A DNA stretch of 63,432 nt, filler included, from Octopus bimaculoides (Eukaryota), in the NCBI RefSeq assembly GCF_001194135.2. It is 5 parts of 5 records of this genome, joined end to end, with 100 filler letters (N's around TTAATTAATTAA, not from the genome) between each part and the next. Parts side by side here need not be neighbours in the genome. Positions count along the whole stretch, not along the records: positions 1 to 14,326 come from NC_068984.1; positions 14,427 to 31,421 come from NC_069008.1; 3 more parts are not named here. One strand, written 5' to 3'. Positions 11,857 through 23,845 of this stretch are shown one piece after another. The notes below the pieces were generated by a model. That model was not told the DNA's origin, did not search any database, and saw only the letters and a list, made by a program, of their open reading frames with translations. How positions within the stretch are numbered: the first letter of the stretch is position 1; each line of letters opens with the position of its first letter. The position numbers and the translations under genes are program-made.

Positions 11857-13956
11857 TAGAGCATCTGAAGAATAATTGGAGAATAGAGTGATGGAAAAAT
11901 ATTGAAGAATGAAAACAGAAACATAAGATGATTATAATCTATTTTTAGATATATAACTACAATGTTGGGTGTTATGTGATGCAACATCTCTGGTGGTATT
12001 TAGCTTTTAGCTCAAAATGTACATAATATTCGAGCGGGGGATAACATTTTATAATATTAAAACTAAGAACATTTTCGATGTTTTAATTATATTTTTTATG
12101 CCATAGAACCTAATCTTTCCAGATTTACAGTGGTTGTCAAGATATTTTAATATCATTCTGATTATTAGTGCTAATTGAACAGATTTCAACAAATTGTCTA
12201 AATGTACACTCGCATCAAACTCTAATCTCAATATTGATTGATAAAGAGAAACTATGAAGAATGACAAACGATTAACTGTGTCTGGACAAGTTGTTTTAAT
12301 AGAATTTTAACAAACTCCTCACAATTTTTTATATCATCCAAGATTCGATGACATACAAACTTTGGGACATTTTCATTAAGGCGTGGCCTGCTATTGCATA
12401 AACATTTTTTTAAAATTTGAAATAATCAAAATTCTATAAGACTGCTACATTAAAAATAAAGTAAATGTGAGAAATTGTGCAAAATGATTTCTCAAATGTT
12501 GCTAATTTTCCAATTGGCATCATTTTAAGCACATCAGTTTGATGCATTAAAGAAATCAGAAAAAAAAAAGAAAACATTTCATGGACTTGATCATAAAAAA
12601 AGAAAACAGATAAGAGAGTAGGATAAAGGGAGTTGACTGTGTTTGCCATAAGTTTATTTATTTTGACAATAAAATTAAGGTTACCAGTGAGAGGAGGTGT
12701 GATGTAGAAATGGAAAGGTACCTCTTAAAAATAACAGGCTTTTACTATTTCCATAAAATGTCATGGCAATAAATTACCACATGAAAGCTGTGAGAGTGAC
12801 CATTGATGGATGTGAAACAAAGACATAAACTACTTATACATTGTTTTATGTAAAAAGTCAACACTTTGATCAATACCATCTTTAATTAAATCTTCATGTA
12901 TGCAAAAAGCATTATATTGATATATAATCAAATAGCTTGAATTTTAAGTTGTTATGTTTTCTTTTAAAACAAAAAATTGAATATTTAGAGTAAAGTTATT
13001 CCCTCAGATCAAAGTAACCGAACAAATATTTAAATATTTATTTTGGAAAATATTTATCTAAACGATCTTACCAAATGTTTAATATTTATTTTGATGGGTA
13101 TTCAACTAAATGAGCATATTATTATTATTTCTTCTTTAAATATTTTCAAATATATTTTACAAAGAATGAAAATATTTATAAACTTTTTTATGCTTTTAAA
13201 ACTAATTAAAACATTTGGTTATTTTAAGTGAGATGCTGATTTTTCAAGCAATATCATTAAAAAATTAGGAAAAATGTCTTGTTAGTATTTGATCTGACAC
13301 TTTACATTCTGAGTTCAAATCAGCATCAACTTTGACTTTCATACTATTGGGGTTGATGGACTAAAATACCAATCAAGTACTGGAGTCAGTGGTACCAACT
13401 AACTTTCTTCTCCAAATTTCAAGCCTTGTGCCTATATCAGAAACAACTGTTGACTATACTACAACACTCTAATTACAAATGGATGCTACATCGGAGTCCA
13501 AATATGGTCATTCCAAATATATGTGGATAATATTATCTTTACTCGAGATTTGTTTTATCTATTTTTTAAAAAAACATTTCTTGCAGCTGTATTTTGTTTG
13601 TGTTATGCATGTTTATATTGTTTTCAAATATGACTTGCATAAATATGATGAAACATGTTTATGTGGACATTTTGACCTCTGATGATACTGAGATAGGAAA
13701 ACAATCAGCCAGCAGGCTGGAATCTAAATAAATAAATATATACTATAAGCACTTTTAATGTAAAGTGTTTTGTATCTTGTAATGAAGTGTGTTCTTGATT
13801 TTGATTGAGAATATGACATGTGTGCATGTATGTGTGTATGTGTGAGAGAGAGAGGACGGAAAGACAGAAAAAGAGAGAGAGTGCATGTGTATGTGTGAGA
13901 GAGAGAGAGAGAGAGAAAGAGTGAACAAGTGTATGTGTATGAGTGAATATCTAAAA

Positions 13957-13976
13957 TCTATATATATAAATGAGAA

Positions 13977-14027
<51 letters not shown>

Positions 14028-14326
14028 GTGAATCCCTAAAACTCGAGAACTACGCAACCAATTTCATTCAAATTTTACACATGCCTTACTTAGGCTTCCA
14101 GTTGTGTTTTAGTCAAAAATATTTTTTAACTTCTTGCAGAGTTCGAGCACACGGCAACATAATATCTCTTCCACTATTTAAGTATTATGTGTCAAAAGTG
14201 AAACAAAAACACTCATGTCAAATACTTTCACTTTAAAAATGAAACTATTCCACTAACTGAAACAATCACATTTCGATACTGTAATGACAGATACTTTCAC
14301 AGAGAGAGAAAGAGAGAAAGAGAGAG
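13957..14326 (+). mobile_element. Helitron-type non-autonomous element, 5' part
   Basis: Starts A|TCTATATATATAAA followed by a (GTCT)n tract, the layout typical of non-autonomous Helitrons; cut by a gap. Confidence 0.55.
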
Positions 14327-14426
14327 NNNNNNNNNNNNNNNNNNNNNNNNNNNNNNNNNNNNNNNNNNNNTTAATTAATTAANNNNNNNNNNNNNNNNNN
14401 NNNNNNNNNNNNNNNNNNNNNNNNNN
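14327..14426. other. Artificial scaffold-join spacer N44-TTAATTAATTAA-N44
   Basis: Identical 100-nt layout at four positions. Confidence 0.95.
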
Positions 14427-14521
14427 GTAGTGATGGGGGGGAAGGTGCTTTGGTTTCAGGATGTTGCTGTGTTATTTTCGTAATTTAATCTTTTTTTTTA
14501 ATTTAAATGTTTTTAACTTTT

Positions 14522-15152
14522 TCTCAAATATATCATCATCATCATCATCATCTTTTAACGTCCGCTTTCCATGCTAGTATGGGTTGGACGGTTTGACTGA
14601 GGACTGGTGAAACCAGACGGCTGCACCAGGCTCCAGTCTGATCTGGCAATGTTTCTACAGCTGGATGCCCTTCCTAACACCAACCACTCCCGAGAGTGTA
14701 GTGGGTGCTTTTACGTGCCAGTCAGGTAGTACTGACAATGGCCACGCTCAAAATGGTGTCTTTTACGTGCCACCTGGACAGGACCCAGTGCAGCAGCACT
14801 GGCAACAACCTTGCTTGAAAGTTTAGTGTCCAATGAAGGAAAGGTACTCATAAGTGGGCTGGTTACACCCCTGGCATAGGCCACGAGTTATGGTCTCTCT
14901 TGGCTTGGCGGGTCTTCTCATGAACAGCATATTTCCAAAGGTCTCGGTCAGAAGTCATTCCCTTGGTGAGGCCTAATGTTCGAAGGTCGTGCTTCACCAC
15001 CTCATCCCAGATCTTCCTGGATCTACCTCTTCCACAGGTTTCCTCAACTGCTAGGGTGTGGCACTTTTTCACACAGCTATCCTCATCCATTCTCGCCACA
15101 TGACCATACCAGCGCAGTCGTCTCTCTTGCACACCACATCTGATTCTTCTTA
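14522..15152 (-). mobile_element. RTE-clade LINE 3' end including 3'UTR and (GAT)n tail
   Basis: ERRLRWYGHVARMDEDSCVKKC...GRGRSRKIW, contiguous with the ...GAAGGGCATCCAGCTGTAGAAAC...CATGGAAAGCGGACGTTAAA(GAT)n tail. Confidence 0.92.
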
Positions 15153-15909
15153 NNNNNNNNNNNNNNNNNNNNNNNNNNNNNNNNNNNNNNNNNNNNNNNN
15201 NNNNNNNNNNNNNNNNNNNNNNNNNNNNNNNNNNNNNNNNNNNNNNNNNNNNNNNNNNNNNNNNNNNNNNNNNNNNNNNNNNNNNNNNNNNNNNNNNNNN
15301 NNNNNNNNNNNNNNNNNNNNNNNNNNNNNNNNNNNNNNNNNNNNNNNNNNNNNNNNNNNNNNNNNNNNNNNNNNNNNNNNNNNNNNNNNNNNNNNNNNNN
15401 NNNNNNNNNNNNNNNNNNNNNNNNNNNNNNNNNNNNNNNNNNNNNNNNNNNNNNNNNNNNNNNNNNNNNNNNNNNNNNNNNNNNNNNNNNNNNNNNNNNN
15501 NNNNNNNNNNNNNNNNNNNNNNNNNNNNNNNNNNNNNNNNNNNNNNNNNNNNNNNNNNNNNNNNNNNNNNNNNNNNNNNNNNNNNNNNNNNNNNNNNNNN
15601 NNNNNNNNNNNNNNNNNNNNNNNNNNNNNNNNNNNNNNNNNNNNNNNNNNNNNNNNNNNNNNNNNNNNNNNNNTTTTTTTTTTCCTTCCTTCCCCCTCCC
15701 AAAAAGAAAAGCTCTACATTGTATTTGTCCCATCTTCGTTGAGCCCTGTGTGGCTAATAAAAGAAATGTATCTATCTCCCAGCCTACCTACCTACCCACC
15801 TACCTGTCAGTCTATCTGTCTGTCTGCATGTCAGCTTCTCTGTCTGTCTGTCTGCATGTCAGTTTCTCTGTCTGTCTGTCTGTCTCTAACGACACACACA
15901 CACACACAT

Positions 15910-16480
15910 TGATCGACGTATATGTTTATTTAGATACTGCGAAAGGTATTCATTCGATAATGCAGTCATCGGTTTCTAGCACAGGAAAAAAGACGGGACA
16001 GTTACGGTTGGAAGGCCTTTAATCGTATATCTGCTCAATCAGGATAGACCTAGGACTACACAACCACAAAAATAACAAAAACAACGACAACGACAACGTT
16101 GAACAACGGTTGTCCAGTATACGGTGAGATGGTCATGCCAAGAATGTCGGAGCTTAGATTTGCTCAATCAGGGCCGACTTGTCGCTAAAAAACTGCAACA
16201 AAAACTACAGTAACCTATAATACTTTAAAATAAATAAGTCGCATTTGCTAAAACGCCTTAGTCCAGCAAACACGAACGATTTGCGTGTGTGTGTATGTAC
16301 GTGTGTCATCCTGGTATATGTAATGAGAGTGGACTCATAGATGGAATACACCGCTTTGACTATTGTTACACCGTACTTTCTCGGTTTTCGGTTCAATCCC
16401 ACTTGTCAGTGGTTTGTGAATCGTAGGAAATAGGTAACAAAGGAGGAAGATCTGCGATCACCAGTTCGATACATTGTTAG
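15910..16480 (+). promoter_or_regulatory. Candidate DMAP1 promoter and non-coding first exon ending at 16480
   Basis: DMAP1 ATG exon is preceded by an acceptor, so an upstream exon is needed; strong TAG|gtaagg donor at 16481 in non-repetitive, visibly CpG-richer sequence. Confidence 0.35.
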
Positions 16481-16615
16481 GTAAGGATAATCTGGGAAAT
16501 TTTGTCTTTTTATCTCCCGACGATTTTCTTCACGCGACGCATCTGTTATACGCAACATCCCCCCCCCCCNNNNNNNNNNNNNNNNNNNNNNNNNNNNNNN
16601 NNNNNNNNNNNNNAA

Positions 16616-16658
<43 letters not shown>

Positions 16659-16945
16659 CACACATCTATCTATCTATCTATATTTCTATCTATCTATAGG
16701 CATTCCTCATTTCTCATATTATTTAGTTCTTTAAGAAGAGTAGTGTTGACTGTGACTTCGAAGTTCCGGCCTGGTTAGAGTTCAACGAAACTTCGAAGTT
16801 ACTGTCAATATTATTCTCGTTAAAGAATAATAGATATATATATACTCTACGAAAAGAATCGAGCAATCATTCAGTTTAATGTAGAAATTGTCTTTTTTTC
16901 TTTCACAACTCCATATAAAACAAACACACACACACATACACACAC

Positions 16946-16976
<31 letters not shown>

Positions 16977-17174
16977 ATGAGTATATGCATATATACGTAC
17001 AGGTATGTGCATACCTACGTCTACCTGTATATATAGGTGCATATGTGGGTACAGGACATTGCAAACAAAACGTAGACAAAACATAATAGCCAGAGTACAG
17101 AAAACACAGGCCACATAGAGAACATTTTCCTTCATCATCTACCCCCATTCTAACACAGGCGTTTCGAAGAGTAG

Positions 17175-17218
<44 letters not shown>

Positions 17219-18129
17219 NNNNNNNNNNNNNNNNNNNNNNNNNNNNNNNNNNNNNNNNNNNNNNNNNNNNNNNNNNNNNNNNNNNNNNNNNNNNNNNNNN
17301 NNNNNNNNNNNNNNNNNNNNNNNNNNNNNNNNNNNNNNNNNNNNNNNNNNNNNNNNNNNNNNNNNNNNNNNNNNNNNNNNNNNNNNNNNNNNNNNNNNNN
17401 NNNNNNNNNNNNNNNNNNNNNNNNNNNNNNNNNNNNNNNNNNNNNNNNNNNNNNNNNNNNNNNNNNNNNNNNNNNNNNNNNNNNNNNNNNNNNNNNNNNN
17501 NNNNNNNNNNNNNNNNNNNNNNNNNNNNNNNNNNNNNNNNNNNNNNNNNNNNNNNNNNNNNNNNNNNNNNNNNNNNNNNNNNNNNNNNNNNNNNNNNNNN
17601 NNNNNNNNNNNNNNNNNNNNNNNNNNNNNNNNNNNNNNNNNNNNNNNNNNNNNNNNATAGTGCTGATGAACGAAATCTAGATTCATTCTAGTAATCGCGA
17701 AATCGGACGATACACAGTTAAGTCTATTTAAAAGAAAGTTGGTCATCTTCTGTTGGTTGTTTTTTTCCTCGCATTGGGTACTAAATGTGGTTATTTTGAG
17801 AAGTCCACTGAGTGGCGTTATTATTTTTCTATAATAATGCCCTTTATATAAATATATATATAGATAGATAGATAGTGTGTGTATGTGAATTTACACACAC
17901 ACACTGGATATATATTCTTTCATTGAACAGGCGTAATTTTCTTTCTACGCACTTATTGCAAATCTATATAATATAATATGTATGTGTGTGTATATGTATA
18001 CTTAGTGTATGGTATATAGATGTGTGTGTGTATAAAGTCGACATTGAATGTATGTGTGTATATAAACACAATGTGAGAACGTGTAGTCATGCATGTCGTG
18101 TCTAAACATTATGAATGTCTACATATTGT

Positions 18130-19140
18130 GTTCTAGTCCACGTTAACTTTGATCAAATAGATTTTTGATCGAAGATGTTCTTGGCTATGGCAATCCAGTC
18201 TTCTTTATTGTAAGCATGATTTTAAATGTGTTCTCTTAAAGACGATAGAGTATGCGTTTTATGGAGATTTGGCTGCTATTTCGAGTCATTCGGACCACCA
18301 AGCACCACCTCCCTCCATGGTTCGTGTATGTATGCTTAGTTGTGTGTCTGTGTATGTATTGGCATATGTATGTTTATGGTGTGATTTTGTGTATACATGT
18401 GTATGTCGTTTAGCCCAAGGCAACCTCTGATCCAGTGGATCCATGATCGGAAGTGTCCCAGCTATAATTATATGCTTTTCAAGGCATAATGTACCTATGT
18501 GCACTTTATTCAATGTGCCCGTCCATCGGGTGTTTTAAAAACAGATTTGTTTTTTTTAGGAGATTTGACTGTTATTTCTAGTATTTCGAGCGACTGCGTA
18601 CAGGCTTTCTCGTTGACTCACCCGTGTAATGTTGTTTAGCCCCACGTCAAAGGTATTCCAGTTATGACCATCACCCCTTATATTTATTCATAGTGTATCT
18701 AGGACTACATTATCTCATGTCTTCTTCATTATTACTATTGTTTAGCCTCGTGCCAAGTCCTCATCCAGCAGACCAATGGTCAAAGATACTCCAGCCGTGG
18801 CCATCCTGTCTTTTATTCAGCCATAATGTATCTAGGACTATACTATCCAATGTTACGTCCTTGTTATTATTTCGTGTTTAGTTCTTGGTCAGCCCTGATC
18901 CAGCAAACATGGATTGAAGGCGCCCCAGCTGTGACCATCCTGTCTTTTATTTAGACAAATTGTATCCCAAGTCAGCCCTGGTCAAGTAGAACTATGATGA
19001 AAGGTTTTTACCATTAAGGACCATCTCGTGTTTCCTTTATCAGGGACTACATTGTCTAATGTAATCCTCTTCTTGATTTAAGATTGTGTGGTCTACAGGA
19101 GTTTTGACTGCTATTTCTAGCAGACTTAGTTACCACATAG
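18130..19140 (+). repeat. Tandem cluster of a short interspersed repeat (GTTTAGCC..GGTCA.CCCTGATC...GACCATCC.GTCTTT...TATCTAGGACTAC)
   Basis: 5-6 degenerate units; dispersed relatives near 51250(-), 60340(-) and 60640. Confidence 0.7.
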
Positions 19141-19166
19141 AAGTCATCTTTGATTTTCATACGTGA

Positions 19167-19203
<37 letters not shown>

Positions 19204-19436
19204 TATATATATATATATATATATAAATAATAAATGAGTATATGCATATATACGTACACCTGTATATATAGGTGCATATCTGGGTACAGGACATTGCAAA
19301 CAAAACGTAAACAAAAAAATAATAATAACCAGAGTTCAGAAAACACACAAGCCACATAGAGAACATTTTCCTTCATCAGCTGCCACCATTCTAACACTGG
19401 CGTTTCGAAGAGTTATATATATGTATGTATATATGC

Positions 19437-19583
19437 AGGCGTGGCAGTGTGGTGAGAAGCTTGCTTCCCAACCACATGATTCCAGGTTCAGTCCCACTGC
19501 GTGGCACCTTGGGCAAGTGTCTTCTATTATAGCCTCGGGCCGACCAAAGCCTTGTGAGTGGATTTGGTAGACGAAACTGACAG
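19437..19583 (+). mobile_element. SINE family A 5' half (cut by gap)
   Basis: Head and core match. Confidence 0.88.
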
Positions 19584-19798
19584 NNNNNNNNNNNNNNNNN
19601 NNNNNNNNNNNNNNNNNNNNNNNNNNNNNNNNNNNNNNNNNNNNNNNNNNNNNNNNNNNNNNNNNNNNNNNNNNNNNNNNNNNNNNNNNNNNNNNNNNNN
19701 NNNNNNNNNNNNNNNNNNNNNNNNNNNNNNNNNNNNNNNNNNNNNNNNNNNNNNNNNNNNNNNNNNNNNNNNNNNNNNNNNNNNNNNNNNNNNNNNNN

Positions 19799-19851
<53 letters not shown>

Positions 19852-19989
19852 TACTCTTGTTAACTTCCACTCTCTCTCTAGGTAACTGTTTCTGTCTCTC
19901 AGGCACACTCTAATCTTTCATCATCTGATACAAGATCCCCACCTCCCTCCAATGCCCTCTCCCCTCTCAAAGACTCTTTATTTTACAGA

Positions 19990-20375
19990 GTTACTTGGTG
20001 AACCTGCCGGTGCTGGTTTCATTTAAAAAGCACCCAGTCCACACTGTAAATTGGTTGGCATTTGGAAGGGCATCCAGCTGTAAAAACTACGCCAAAACTG
20101 ACCTCACCTGTGCTAGTTAGTGCCACATAAAAAGCAGTCAGCCCATTCTATGGAGTGGTTGGCATTTGGAAGGGCATCCATTTGTAAAAACTACGCCAAA
20201 ACTGACCTCATCTGTGCTGGTGCCACATATAAAGCAGTCAGCCCATTCTATGGAGTGGTTGGCATTTGGAAGAGCATCCAGCTGTAAAAACCATGCCAAA
20301 ACAGACACAAAAGCATGGTGCAGGCTCCCACCCGGAGTCAGCACCATGCTTCTGATTATGATGATGATGACATAT
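19990..20375 (+). repeat. About 100-bp tandem units of an RTE-type 3' tail module
   Basis: GGTTGGCATTTGGAAG.GCATCCA at ~20053, 20157 and 20257; ends in (GAT)n. Confidence 0.8.
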
Positions 20376-20637
20376 ATACACATATATACACACTTATATT
20401 GAACAGTGAGAATGAGTTCTCAACACTGCATTGTTGGATAAATAAACTTTATTTCTCGGTTAACAAGGCTACCAATGGTTTCATGTTAGCAGTATCTCTA
20501 CAATTTTCGAGCATACCACATAGGAACATTGGTATTCATCTTCATTTTGGATGTATATAGATATTTTTATTTATTCATTTATATTTATTTTCTCACTTCA
20601 GGAACATCTTGCCAGCACCACTAACATCCTGGTCATC

Positions 20638-20733
20638 ATGGCAATGAATTGTGACATCCGAGATATTCTGGAGTTGGATACAGACAAACCTTATGAACCA
20701 GTCACTAAGAAATCATTGATGAATGACAAAAAA
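20638..20733 (+). CDS. DMAP1: DMAP1 first coding exon (MAMNCDIRDILELDTDKPYEPVTKKSLMNDKK)
   Basis: ATG at 20638 in atcATGg context; acceptor ttcag at 20601 upstream; donor AAA|gtaagc at 20734; D(I/V)RDILEL N-terminal motif of DMAP1; phase 0. Confidence 0.9.
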
Positions 20734-20824
20734 GTAAGCAGTCACAAACTTTTTATTCTCTGTCTGTCTATTTGTCTGTCTGTTTGTCTCTCTCTCTCTC
20801 TCTCTCCTCTCTGACTGTCAAGTT

Positions 20825-20976
20825 TCTATCTATCTATCTACCTATCTACCTATCCACCCATCCATCCATCCCTCTGTCTGTCTATGTATCTATCTAACAA
20901 CCAGTCTGTCTATCTATCTATCTTTCTATCTATCTATCTATCTGTCTGTCTGTCTGTCTGTCTATCTGTCTGTCTA

Positions 20977-21035
<59 letters not shown>

Positions 21036-21133
21036 ATCTATCTATCTATCTGTCTGTCTGTCTGTCTGTCTATCTGTCTGTCTATCTATCTGTCTGTCTG
21101 TCTGTCTGCCTGTCTGTGTGTCTGTCTATCTAT

Positions 21134-21230
<97 letters not shown>

Positions 21231-21286
21231 AATCTATCTCTGTCTATCTATCTATCTATCTCTGTCTATCTCTCTCTCTCTCTCTG

Positions 21287-21317
<31 letters not shown>

Positions 21318-21378
21318 GTCTGTCTGTCTGTCTATCTAACAACCAGTCTGCCTATCTATCTATCTGTCTGTCTATCTA
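20825..21378. repeat. (TCTA)n/(TCTG)n compound microsatellite (DMAP1 intron)
   Basis: Direct reading. Confidence 0.97.
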
Positions 21379-22108
21379 GGATTAGAGACAAATACTTTCC
21401 TCTCTGGTCAATCTCTCATCAACTTTTTCAAGTATCACTTGAAAAGGAAGGTGAGAGTAGAGAGGCAAGTGTTGTCTAGCAAATGTTTCGAAAAAAGATG
21501 GATACATGTAGCAAGAATGGCACGTATAAATGACGAAGCCACCTTGACCATGATTCTATAAAACGTTTTAAAATTTTGTAAACAGAGAAATTTTATTTAA
21601 CAAACTGTGACGCTAAAGACCGAGGTTACCGTGGTCTTTTCGTAGGTTTTTCTTTCCACGGATAACCTCCCCATTTATTGGGAATTTTTTGTATTATTTC
21701 GTATTTTTTGTAAATACCCCAAACGTTTTGCGATGTTGTTTTTTTTTTTTTTTTTTNNNNNNNNNNNNNNNNNNNNNNNNNNTTTTTTTTCATCGTTGTC
21801 CCCACTTTTGTTTTTTTTCTGCTTTGTTTTCGACCCCCTCGAAAAGAAAAACTCTACATTTGTATTTTGTCCCCTCTGTGTTGAGCCCTGTGTGGCTAAT
21901 AAAGAAACCTATCTATCTATCTATCTGTCTGTCTGCATCCACTTTTCTCCTTCCCTCCCCATCCAGCCATCTTTTTTTTGTCTGTATCTATCCAAGAATC
22001 TACCTATCTCTCTATTCTTTTGTAATTTACATTTTCACTCTTTTACTGCTCCGTGCATTTAATCCTAATCCTAATCCTCACCTTACTAAAATACTTCCTC
22101 ATTTTCAG

Positions 22109-22194
22109 TGCAAGACCAAAAAAGCTGAGCCAACCTTTAAACGACCTGAGGGAATGCACAGGGAACTATGGGGCCTGTTGTGGACAGACAACAA
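22109..22194 (+). CDS. DMAP1: DMAP1 coding exon 2 (CKTKKAEPTFKRPEGMHRELWGLLWTDN-K)
   Basis: attttcag| acceptor, AA|gtaggg donor; FKRPEGMHRE motif; phase 0 to 2. Confidence 0.92.
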
Positions 22195-22434
22195 GTAGGG
22201 ACATATTTACTATTTCTCTCTCTCTCTCTCTCTGTGATCCATACTCTATCAATCCTGCTGTACCCCAGGGTTTGGTTTCATTCACCATGCTCTTTCCTCT
22301 GTTGTAGATCAACAATCAATTTATTTGCCAACATCTCTAACAACAGCAACCTAAATATACAGTTATCATCATCGTCATTATTATTATTATTATTATTAAT
22401 AAGGTGGTGAGCTAACGGAATTGATAGCACACCG

Positions 22435-22838
22435 AGTGTGACCATTGCCAGAGCAGCTGTCTGGCTTCCGTGCCAGTGGCACATAAATAGCACCATTTGA
22501 GCGTGATCGTTACCAGCGTCGCCCTCCTGGCACGTGAAAAGATATTCGAGCGAGGTCGTCACCAGTGCTGCTGGACTGGCTCCTGTGCAGGTGGCACATA
22601 AAATACACCATTTTGAGCGTGGCCGTTGCCAGAACCGCCTGACTGGCGTTCGTGCCGGTGACACGTAAAAGCACCCACTACACTCTCGGAGTGGTTGGCG
22701 TTAGGAAGGGCATCCAGCTGTAGAAACTCTGCCAGATCAGAATGGAATCTGGTGCAGCCATCTGGTTCGTCAGTCCTCAGTCAAATCGTCCAACCCATGC
22801 TAGCATGGAAAGCGGACGTTAAACGATGATGATGATGA
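22435..22838 (+). mobile_element. RTE LINE 3'UTR fragment nested in a SINE (DMAP1 intron)
   Basis: Reverse-complement match to 14522-14820; SINE family B head at 22403-22434 resumes at ~22840. Confidence 0.8.
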
Positions 22839-22938
22839 TTGAGCAAAATGCTTAGTAACATATTGTCTGTCCTGATGTTCTGAGATCAAATTCCACCAAG
22901 GTCGACTTTGCTTTGCATCGCTATGATGCTTCCCCACA

Positions 22939-22991
<53 letters not shown>

Positions 22992-22996
22992 GTAAT

Positions 22997-23213
22997 AAGG
23001 CAGCAAGCTGGCAAAGTCATTAGCACATCAGGCGAAATACTTAGTAGTATTTAGTCTGCCGCTACATTCTGAGTTCAAATTCCCCCAACGTCAACTTTGC
23101 CTTTCATCCTTTCGGGGTCGATAAATTAAGTACCAGTGAAACACTGGGGTTGATGTAATTGACTATTCCCCTCCCCTCAAATTTCAGGCCGTGTGCCTAT
23201 AATAGAAAGGATT

Positions 23214-23215
<2 letters not shown>
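22997..23215 (+). mobile_element. tRNA-derived SINE family B
   Basis: TGGCA.A.TC.TTAGCAC A-box, GTTCAAATTCC B-box, TTTGCCTTTCATCCTTTCGGGGTCGATAAA core; further copies at ~13262, 50505(-), 57540, 58505(-), 59135(-). Confidence 0.85.
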
Positions 23216-23244
<29 letters not shown>

Positions 23245-23651
23245 TTATTATTCTTATTATTATTAAGTAGGTAGTGATTGAGCTGGCAGAATCATTAACG
23301 CACCAGGCAAAATTCGTAGTGGTATTTCACCTTTCTTTACGTTCTGGGTTCAAATTCCACTGCAGACAACTATATACATATAATGGTATGGAGAGGAAAG
23401 GCCGGTATGCATGGGCGACTACTGGCCTTCCATAAACAACCTTGCCCAAACTTGTGCCTCAGAGAAGAACTTTCTTGGTGCAATCTCATGGTCAGTCATG
23501 ACCAAAGGGGATCTTCTTTCCTTCCTTGCAGTAGATGTGTTATGATGATGATGATGATGTTGATACTGCAATGCCCTTAAACCTCTCCCCTTTCTCTCTC
23601 TCTCTTTCTCTCCACTTTAATTTATTCTATCTTTCACCGTTTTTATTCCAG

Positions 23652-23781
23652 ATACATGAAGGATACCCCACCAATTCTACCGACTGACGTGAACCAGGGC
23701 TACAAACAGATGAAGGCCAAAATTGGCAGTCAGAAAGTGCGCCCTTGGAAATGGATGCCCTTCACTAACCCAGCACGGAAG
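23652..23781 (+). CDS. DMAP1: DMAP1 coding exon 3 (YMKDTPPILPTDVNQGYKQMKAKIGSQKVRPWKWMPFTNPARK)
   Basis: ttttattccag| acceptor, AAG|gtaaag donor; KVRPWKWMPFTNPARK hallmark; phase 2 to 0. Confidence 0.93.
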
Positions 23782-23800
23782 GTAAAGGGACCGCCCTCCT

Positions 23801-23845
<45 letters not shown>

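Noticed and set aside
11792-11860. Minus-strand exon with good ag/gt signals
   Set aside because: All three frames contain stops and there is no partner exon; the plus-strand terminal-exon reading fits better.
13679-13710. CTGATGA...GAAA spacing resembling a hammerhead
   Set aside because: Helix II does not pair and no helix I or III is visible.
14371-14382. TTAATTAATTAA as a biological motif (PacI site or piggyBac TTAA target)
   Set aside because: Always centred in exactly 44+44 Ns, so it is an assembly linker.
21624-21671. GAGGTTACCGTGG / CCACGGATAACCTC hairpin
   Set aside because: Short, no ribozyme core and no second copy; nothing further supportable.
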